Positions 57,525 to 64,000 of a stretch of 64,000 nucleotides of DNA are shown piece by piece. This DNA is from an uncultured Anaerolineaceae bacterium (GTDB taxonomy: Bacteria > Chloroflexota > Anaerolineae > Anaerolineales > UBA4823). The stretch spans positions 16,465 through 80,464 of the forward strand of contig CAZJMV010000212.1 in assembly GCA_964547225.1 (NCBI GenBank), read 5' to 3'. The notes below the pieces were generated by a model. It was given only the letters and a program-made list of their open reading frames with translations. It did not search any database and was not told the origin of the DNA. The position numbers and the translations under genes are program-made. Position 1 is the first letter of the stretch. The number at the start of each line of letters is the position of its first letter.

Positions 57525-58526
57525 CTAAGGAGTGATAAATTGATTCGTATATGCGCTTTCAATATCTAACGGTTCCGAAAGCATCTCCATATCGAGCAGC
57601 ACTGCTTGCATATTTTCCCAAGCATCTTGATCCGAGATACCCAATTGTTCTGTATCCCAGAACTCGATTGTACGTTCCAGTACCTCGCGTTGGACCTGTT
57701 CATTCACCGAATCCAACCCTTCAACATACTGCTTACAAATTTCAAAAGCCTCATCCGGATCAGCTAATGTCGCCTCAATTCCCTTCATCGTTGCGCTTAC
57801 CATTCTACTTATTAATTCAGGATCATCTTGGATTGTTTTTTCGTTGGTAATCAACCCATTTGAGGCTAAATGCACATAATCTGCTACTTTAATAACATCC
57901 ACCGACAAATCTTGAGACTCCAACTGGACCGGTTCATTATTGACATAGATAACACCGCTCTGAATTTGCCCCGCTAATAATGCTTCAACTTGATTGTAGC
58001 CAATCGATTCAAGCGTTACATCCGATTCTTCTAAATCAGCCGAATTCAATAACGCTCTAAAACCGATATAGCTTGCCCCATATAATCCAGGGATACCAAT
58101 CGTTTTTCCTTTTAAATCAGATGGATTAGTGATATTTTCATCTTTCAGAGACACCATCCCAACAGGATAATCATGCCACCAAGCCATAACATAAACTATC
58201 GGAATTCCTTGAGCTCGTGCTAATAACACTTGTTCACCAGAGACTACTGCAAATCTCAATTCGTCTGCCCCAACCAAAGCAACGCCATCTGTCTCCGGGC
58301 TATAATCAAACTCAATTTCAAGACCTTCTTCTTGATAGAAACCCCTTGCTGAAGCGACATAAAAAGGTGCATATTGCACATTAGGAATATATCCCATGGG
58401 AAGACGGATTTTTGTGATAGCCTGTTCAGTCGATTGAGATATATCTGTCGAAGATGCGCGATTGCAAGCAGTTAATACAATAATCTGGAACACAATGATT
58501 ACACCTAAAATAATTTTCTTATTCAT
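57525..58526 (-). CDS. ABC transporter substrate-binding lipoprotein, NMT1/THI5 (ThiY-like) family
   Basis: Lipobox (IIVLTAC). ...MGYIPNVQYAPFYVASARGFYQEEGLEIEF... matches the NMT1/SsuA-like fold pattern. Confidence 0.85.
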   Translation of the reverse strand: MNKKIILGVIIVFQIIVLTACNRASSTDISQSTEQAITKIRLPMGYIPNVQYAPFYVASARGFYQEEGLEIEFDYSPETDGVALVGADELRFAVVSGEQVLLARAQGIPIVYVMAWWHDYPVGMVSLKDENITNPSDLKGKTIGIPGLYGASYIGFRALLNSADLEESDVTLESIGYNQVEALLAGQIQSGVIYVNNEPVQLESQDLSVDVIKVADYVHLASNGLITNEKTIQDDPELISRMVSATMKGIEATLADPDEAFEICKQYVEGLDSVNEQVQREVLERTIEFWDTEQLGISDQDAWENMQAVLLDMEMLSEPLDIESAYTNQFITP

Positions 58527-58535
58527 CGAAATCTC

Positions 58536-59357
58536 CTAAAGTTTTTTATTATTATTGGGTTGTTCACGCCAAGATAAAAAACGAATTTCAAGCAAAACAA
58601 CAATGCCATAAAGTGACATTGCCATGATAATTAACGATAATACTGCAACAAACACTAAAGCAGTATCATATTGACCACGCGCACGATTGATCACAAATCC
58701 CAATCCATTATCCGCACCCACAAATTCACCAACTACAGCTCCGATTACCGAGAGCGTGGCGCCAATTCTCAGTCCACCAAAAAACACTGGCAACGAAGCC
58801 GGCAATTCCAGATAACGGAAAGTTTGCCAGGGTGAAGCCAGAAGCGAACGCATAAGATCCTTCAAATCTTCAGGGACCGATCGAATTCCTACAATCGTAT
58901 TTACTAGTACCGGAAAGAATACAATCAAAGCACATATTAATATTTTTGAGAAATAGCCGGGTCCAAACCAAATTACTAAGAGGGGTGCAATTGCAACAAT
59001 TGGAATTGATTGACTAGCTACTACATATGGAGACAGTATTCGTTCAATAACAGTCGATTTCGCTAAGATATACCCAAAAAATGAAGCAATGCTCACCCCA
59101 ATAAACAATCCTGCCAAAACCTCTCCTAAGGTAATTAAAGAATGATGAAATAGGCTGCCATCAAACAAGACCTGCCATAAACGTGCCCACACCAATCCAG
59201 GTGAAGGAAGAATGAACACCGGAAAATCACCAATAGAAACAACAACTTCCCAAATAAGAATCCCAATAACGAGTGAAACGGGTACAAGCACCGCTTGACG
59301 AGTAAGCAACCAATTCGATATACGTCCTTCAGATGAATATTTTCGAGATTTTGTCAT
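58536..59357 (-). CDS. ABC transporter permease (NitT/TauT family)
   Basis: 273 aa, six TM, with an EAA-type loop (..DLMRSLLASPWQTFRYLELPASLP..). Confidence 0.9.
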   Translation of the reverse strand: MTKSRKYSSEGRISNWLLTRQAVLVPVSLVIGILIWEVVVSIGDFPVFILPSPGLVWARLWQVLFDGSLFHHSLITLGEVLAGLFIGVSIASFFGYILAKSTVIERILSPYVVASQSIPIVAIAPLLVIWFGPGYFSKILICALIVFFPVLVNTIVGIRSVPEDLKDLMRSLLASPWQTFRYLELPASLPVFFGGLRIGATLSVIGAVVGEFVGADNGLGFVINRARGQYDTALVFVAVLSLIIMAMSLYGIVVLLEIRFLSWREQPNNNKKL

Positions 59358-59600
59358 AAAAACAAACCTGCCCAGAAATTGAAACCCCGGGGCAGGTATC
59401 TAATCTATATATTATGGATCACATATGTATTAACGAAATACAAATGGAACGACTCATTACCTTCTTCCATCCGGACTATACCGTCGGCTCCGGAATCACA
59501 CCGGATCTGCAATAATCAATTATCGCTCGCGGGCTTTACCGCCGGTCGGGAATCTGTATCATCAATTTTTCAAACTTGATCATACTTTTACCCTGCCCCG
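59358..59600 (-). promoter_or_regulatory. long structured 5' leader with mutually exclusive closing helix / intrinsic terminator (riboswitch-like, class unassigned)
   Basis: Minus strand: CGGGGCAGG (59600-59592) can pair with CCTGCCCCG (59396-59388). The same 3' strand, ACCTGCCC (59397-59390), can instead pair with GGGCAGGT (59373-59366), which is followed by TTGTTTTT and then the ATG. GC-rich conserved-looking islands and five local hairpins lie in between. Confidence 0.65.
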
Positions 59601-59630
59601 AAGGTTTATTTTCTTATCTTGAACGATAAA

Positions 59631-59659
59631 ATTATAACTCTCTAAACCTAGATGGTCAA
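59631..59659 (-). promoter_or_regulatory. near-consensus sigma70-type promoter driving the leader + ABC operon
   Basis: Minus strand: TTGACC (59659-59654), a 17-nt spacer, TATAAT (59636-59631). Confidence 0.65.
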
Positions 59660-59836
59660 TATGATTAAAATCATAATACAATAGCACTAATGTTTCGAAT
59701 AAAAAAAAATTACCTTTTTAGGCGTAATAATTGCAACATAATAGTCTATGATCATAATAAATCTGATCATGGATTATAAATCGATCAACCAAATTTATTC
59801 ATGGAACAAAGTTAAATATATAGGCGTCAAAGATAT

Positions 59837-61450
59837 ATGTCTCTTCAAAGACGAAAACCTAATGAAAGGAATGAGGCACCCGTTGTGCAAAGGACTTCCG
59901 AGTCAACGACAACGGTAATCCGTCTTTCACAAAGACGAGTCAAAAACAATCCTTCTTCCTTCGTAATTTGGATGATTATTTCAGTCTTAATACTTGGCAC
60001 TTTCGTTTTATTACTCGGCGGGATATTAAGTTATTATGCTTATTATCAAGGTTCATCTCGTGTAATTCCGGGTGTATATATTGGGCAAACTAATATTGGT
60101 GGGATGACTAAAGAGGATGCAATAGATTTTCTTAAAAAGCATTGGGATACTGAAACAAATATTGAAATAAGTGATGGATTTGAATCAAAAATATTCATGG
60201 CAAATGAACTTGGATATTCTATCGACGCCGAAGCATCCGTCAAAAAAGCACTCAATATTGCACATGGTCAATCTATGCTAGCAGAACTTGTCCAAATGTT
60301 TGTCAGTATCAAAGATGAACAACGAATTGCACCAGTGATCTATTTTGATAAGGAAATAGCTAATCAAAGATTGGAACAAATGACCGAAATTTTTTTCAGA
60401 GAACCTATCGATGCCAATATTAAAGTAGAAGAAGATCAGATCATCACCTTACCGAGTGAATTGGGATATGCCATCAACGTTCAAGAAACACTGAAAATGA
60501 TGGAGAATGAGTACCCAACCATACTGACGTCAGGAAAGATCCAGATTATTCCTCAACCAATCGCTCCTCAAATTACTGATGTAACCCCCGTGTTGGAAGA
60601 AGCCCAAGATTTCCTAACCACACCAATCCAATTGAAAATATATGATGCCATCACAAATGAATATTTCGATATCACTGTAGCTGAAGAAAAGATCATTAAT
60701 TGGCTGATCGTTGAAGCAGGAGAAAATGGTCCACAAATCACTTTTGATGAATACAAAGTGGCTGCTGATCTCACTGAAATGAGTGAAGAATTAGGTGGTT
60801 GGCGCTATCTTAGGGGAGAACTCTTTGCCAGTGAACTGGCTCAGTCTGTAAGGGAAAGAAAACCATTACCCATTATTATCGCTAGCCACACCTCAACAAA
60901 CTACACCACAAAACCAGGCGACACTTTATTAAAATTAGGCTGGAATAACGGTATGCCAATGTGGAAAATCCTAGAAGCCAATCCCGATCTCGATCCAGAT
61001 AATATATTAACAGGGATAAATCTGACTATCCCGTCTAAAGACGAAATGTTGCCACTCCCCGTTATTCCAAATAAAAGAATTATCATCAACATCAGCAATC
61101 AACGTCTTTTGACCTATCAAGATGGACAAAAAATCGGACAGCATGTTATTAGTACTGGTATCGACCGCTCTCCTACTCAACCTGGCATCTTTCAAGTGCA
61201 GTCTCACGAGAAAAACGCATATGCTTCTGTATGGGATCTTTATATGCCCAATTTCCTAGGCATATATGAATCGTGGCCAGGTTTCATGAACGGAATCCAT
61301 GGTTTACCAGTCCTTTCGAACGGGCAACGATTATGGGCAAATATACTTGGAAGTCCAGCTTCCTATGGTTGTATCATTGTTGATCTTGAAACTTCAGATT
61401 GGTTATATGAATGGGCTGAAGATGGTATTGTTGTAGAAATTCGAGAGTAA
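59837..61450 (+). CDS. L,D-transpeptidase (YkuD domain) with N-terminal TM, PG-binding-like region and LysM
   Basis: 537 aa. LysM segment (YTTKPGDTLLKLGWNNGMPMWKILEANPDL..GINLTIPS). YkuD catalytic motif (GIHGLP...GSPASYGCIIV). Confidence 0.88.
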   Translation: MSLQRRKPNERNEAPVVQRTSESTTTVIRLSQRRVKNNPSSFVIWMIISVLILGTFVLLLGGILSYYAYYQGSSRVIPGVYIGQTNIGGMTKEDAIDFLKKHWDTETNIEISDGFESKIFMANELGYSIDAEASVKKALNIAHGQSMLAELVQMFVSIKDEQRIAPVIYFDKEIANQRLEQMTEIFFREPIDANIKVEEDQIITLPSELGYAINVQETLKMMENEYPTILTSGKIQIIPQPIAPQITDVTPVLEEAQDFLTTPIQLKIYDAITNEYFDITVAEEKIINWLIVEAGENGPQITFDEYKVAADLTEMSEELGGWRYLRGELFASELAQSVRERKPLPIIIASHTSTNYTTKPGDTLLKLGWNNGMPMWKILEANPDLDPDNILTGINLTIPSKDEMLPLPVIPNKRIIINISNQRLLTYQDGQKIGQHVISTGIDRSPTQPGIFQVQSHEKNAYASVWDLYMPNFLGIYESWPGFMNGIHGLPVLSNGQRLWANILGSPASYGCIIVDLETSDWLYEWAEDGIVVEIRE

Positions 61451-61538
61451 TTGCCTTTTTTCCCTAGTACGTCTATACTATATACGGAACTAATACTTGA
61501 ATTGTTACGTCTTTTCTTAGTGAATATGATCATGGTGT

Positions 61539-61562
61539 ATATTTATATTTATATTTATATAA
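61539..61562. repeat. hexanucleotide tandem repeat (ATATTT) x3 plus a degenerate fourth unit
   Basis: ATATTT ATATTT ATATTT ATATAA at 61539-61562, about 65 nt upstream of the A2M-like gene start. It ends in a TATAAT-like hexamer (61558-61563). Confidence 0.8.
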
Positions 61563-61625
61563 TCGTGTACTAGATAAAACCAATTCGATTTTATTTCCAG
61601 ATTAGTATATTTGCCAGAGGTAAAA

Positions 61626-64000
61626 ATGGAGACTATCCAAAAGACTCGTAAATCCAACCAACACAAAATATCAAGAATCATTGTGATGATTATCATATTA
61701 TCCTTGATTCTTAATGCTTGTAAATTCTCTCCTTTCAATTTGCTAGATTCAAACACCTCATCTACCGAAGAAACGCACCTATCACCCAAAGTCACGCCCT
61801 CCCCAACAATCATGGATAGTGGACTAGCAATAGTTGATGACGGTTCACCGATTGCACCTCAGGTTATTGAATTCCAACCACAAGGTGGCAGCGAATTATC
61901 TTTAGACGGAAAAATTCAATTCACCTTTGACCAAGAAATGGATCAAGGAACAACTGAAAGTGCTATTGATATAATTAACCAGGATGGTGAAAAGGTTGTT
62001 GGACACGCTACGTGGGTCAATACAAGAACAGTCCAATTCCAACCAATGGATCAACTCAAACCTGGTACGATCTATTATGCTAATTTAAGCACCTCAGCCA
62101 AAAGTGTTCAAGGGCTTCAAATTAAAGAGCCGTTTTCGTTTCAATTTTCATCTGTAGGAGATTTAGAAATCAGCCAAGTGTTTCCAGCCAATGAAGCACA
62201 GGACATTGAAAGTAACGCGATCATCACAGTGATTTTCAATCGCCCTATTGTACCTCTTGTCATTCTTGAAGAAAAGGAAGGACTACCTGATCCATTAGTT
62301 TTTTCTCCTCAAATCAAGGGTACGGGAGAATGGATCAACACTTCGGTTTATGCCTTTCAACCAGACCCACCTTTACATAGTGGCGAGACCTATACAGTAA
62401 GTATCTCGGCTGGTCTTGAAGATGCGAGCGGGGAATCATTTCTGGTAGAAGATTATAGTTGGCAGTTTACTACAGCCTATCCTGCGATCGACACTTTCGA
62501 AATATCCAGCGGTCGTGCAAATCCTCCGAACAATTATGAAAATGTTCTCCTGGACGAATTCTTTGAATTACGTTTTTTGCAAGCGATGGATTCAATCAGC
62601 ACCGAAAACGCGTTGTCTATAAAAACTGAAACGGGCGAAGAATTAAATCTAAGGACTTTGTGGAACAAAGATTCAAAACAACTTATCATCACACCCACAC
62701 ACCGTCTGGATCTAGATACAACCTATTCGTTCAACCTTAGTACTGATGCTCAGGCAGCTTCTGGAGGCAATCTGGTCGATGGGTTAAAGTGGAACTTCAC
62801 AACAATACCTCTGCCTAAAGTTTTATACACTCGACCTGGTCATCAGCAATATCAAGATAGTTTCTCCAGGGACTTCACGATCAAATTTGCATCTCCCATG
62901 CGAATCGATACGGTCAAAGAACGCGTCGTTATTTCACCTGAACCTGAACAGGAAATTAACTGGTGGTATAACGAATGGGACTGGAGCCTATCGGGATTTT
63001 TCTTAGAACCGTCCACAACTTATGAGATCCGTTTCTTAGCAGGCATGGAAGATATCTACGGAAATAAATCCCAAGATGAGCAATATGTCGAATTTACAAC
63101 ACCCGCAAGACCTCCATTTGCAAGCTTATTAATGCCATATCAACCCGCCATCATGCGCGCTGACAATCCAGAAGAATCGCATGTCTTTTACTCATCTTAT
63201 CGGAACATTAGCAGCATCAATTACCAATTATATCGCCTGCCGCAAAAAACATTTTTCTCGTTCCTGACAGGTGACAAGAACAGCTATGAATATGAACCTC
63301 CGGAAACAAATTTGATCTGGGAGGTCGATGAACAAAGTCGGGCTGATTTGAATGAATACATCGTCACGAGTTATCAACTAACGAATGAAAAAGGAGAAGC
63401 ACTTGAACCAGGTTTTTATTTCTTGGGGTTGAAGTCTCCCCAACTTTACGGCGATCGACCTTTCAATGATCGTCGTCTAATCATCGTTGCAAACGCTAAT
63501 CTGACCTTTAAGACATCTGATAAAGACAGCTTAATCTGGGTAACAGATTTGGAAAGCGGAGAACCGATAGAAGATGTTCGATTATCCGTATTTTCCCAAG
63601 AGTCATTAGGAATCCCTTGGCGAGCAACCTCTGATGAAAAAGGGATGGCGTATTTAGATTTCCGGAAATTAGGCTACGGTCAAATACTTCCTGCTGAAAA
63701 GACCGCTAAGACTAATCATGGAGCTTTGTTTATGGAACCACAAAAACCCTTATCTGGCTCCGGAAGGCACGAATATTACGCCCTTGCAGATGATGGAAGT
63801 GTGTTTGGATTCGCTTCAAGCGATTGGGGTTCAGGAATCGCTTTAGGAGATTATGGCATTTGGGTCGATTACTATTCAACGCCTAAAGAAGCTGTCGCTT
63901 ATGTCTACACTGAAAGACCTATTTATCGACCAGGACAACCGGTATATTTTAAAGGTATCGTGCGTGTGGACAACGACCTAGATTATGAAATGCCATTCCT
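61626..64000 (+). CDS. alpha-2-macroglobulin-family lipoprotein (N-terminal Ig-like/MG domains); 3' end cut by window
   Basis: ATG 61626 follows AGAGG. Lipobox (LILNAC). Repeated SbsA-Ig-like modules (..G.I.F.F...MD..T...). The MG-domain hallmark AYVYTERPIYRPGQPVYFKGIVR is in frame at 63891. The frame is open to the window end and is absent from the ORF track because it has no stop. Confidence 0.85.
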   Translation, partial: METIQKTRKSNQHKISRIIVMIIILSLILNACKFSPFNLLDSNTSSTEETHLSPKVTPSPTIMDSGLAIVDDGSPIAPQVIEFQPQGGSELSLDGKIQFTFDQEMDQGTTESAIDIINQDGEKVVGHATWVNTRTVQFQPMDQLKPGTIYYANLSTSAKSVQGLQIKEPFSFQFSSVGDLEISQVFPANEAQDIESNAIITVIFNRPIVPLVILEEKEGLPDPLVFSPQIKGTGEWINTSVYAFQPDPPLHSGETYTVSISAGLEDASGESFLVEDYSWQFTTAYPAIDTFEISSGRANPPNNYENVLLDEFFELRFLQAMDSISTENALSIKTETGEELNLRTLWNKDSKQLIITPTHRLDLDTTYSFNLSTDAQAASGGNLVDGLKWNFTTIPLPKVLYTRPGHQQYQDSFSRDFTIKFASPMRIDTVKERVVISPEPEQEINWWYNEWDWSLSGFFLEPSTTYEIRFLAGMEDIYGNKSQDEQYVEFTTPARPPFASLLMPYQPAIMRADNPEESHVFYSSYRNISSINYQLYRLPQKTFFSFLTGDKNSYEYEPPETNLIWEVDEQSRADLNEYIVTSYQLTNEKGEALEPGFYFLGLKSPQLYGDRPFNDRRLIIVANANLTFKTSDKDSLIWVTDLESGEPIEDVRLSVFSQESLGIPWRATSDEKGMAYLDFRKLGYGQILPAEKTAKTNHGALFMEPQKPLSGSGRHEYYALADDGSVFGFASSDWGSGIALGDYGIWVDYYSTPKEAVAYVYTERPIYRPGQPVYFKGIVRVDNDLDYEMPF

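Noticed and set aside
59379-59579. 66-aa plus-strand ORF in the ABC-operon upstream region
   Set aside because: It lies antisense to the structured leader. It has no SD, its composition follows the GC-rich RNA helices, and it lies between a strong minus-strand promoter and the minus-strand operon. It is interpreted as non-coding.
59358-59600. TPP (THI-box) riboswitch, the element expected upstream of a ThiY/NMT1-type transporter
   Set aside because: Neither strand contains the near-invariant CUGAGA or ACCUGAUCUGGAUAAUGCCAGCG-type boxes. Only a vague hairpin resemblance exists (GAUCCGG..UCCGG).
61517-61813. 98-aa minus-strand ORF
   Set aside because: It overlaps the 5' end and signal peptide of the well-supported plus-strand A2M-like gene and extends into an AT-rich repeat. 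The sequence is low-complexity, with no SD.

Overview
This 64-kb window looks like chromosomal core DNA from a low-GC (about 40% by eye), Chloroflexota/Anaerolineae-like bacterium. The taxon is inferred only from protein style: P/T/Q-rich linkers, many zinc-ribbon membrane proteins and lipobox signals. Gene density is high, with about 60 CDS and one tRNA. I saw no rRNA, CRISPR array, transposase, integrase or prophage signature. Content in order: a DHH-CBS-CCA-adding-enzyme fusion (cut by the window edge); a MazG-like trio; rpsO-pnp; trxB; mdh and a mitochondrial-type citrate synthase; isoprenoid genes (fni, polyprenyl synthase), hemW and acpP; sucCD; tRNA-Gln next to glnS, with gltX convergent; an 8-gene cell-shape cluster (mreBCD-mrdA-minCDE-rodA); korAB; a run of housekeeping enzymes; and an isolated nuoB-nuoCD-nuoI module followed by an Mrp/ApbC Fe-S carrier. 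A 5.5-kb plus-strand block follows, holding a wHTH regulator, three tandem paralogous lipoproteins with an unassigned ~235-aa domain, a Nudix hydrolase and a small membrane protein. After it come a rearranged System I cytochrome c maturation cluster (ccmE-F-H-G ... ccmA-B-C-D) with a Cys-type CcmE and an embedded diheme cytochrome c; a decayed NrfD-like pseudogene; a NitT/TauT-type ABC transporter behind a long riboswitch-like leader; and an L,D-transpeptidase next to an alpha-2-macroglobulin-like lipoprotein (cut by the window end). The best candidates for something undescribed are the triplicated lipoprotein family (41.4-44.8 kb) and the unclassified ON-type leader RNA (59.36-59.66 kb).
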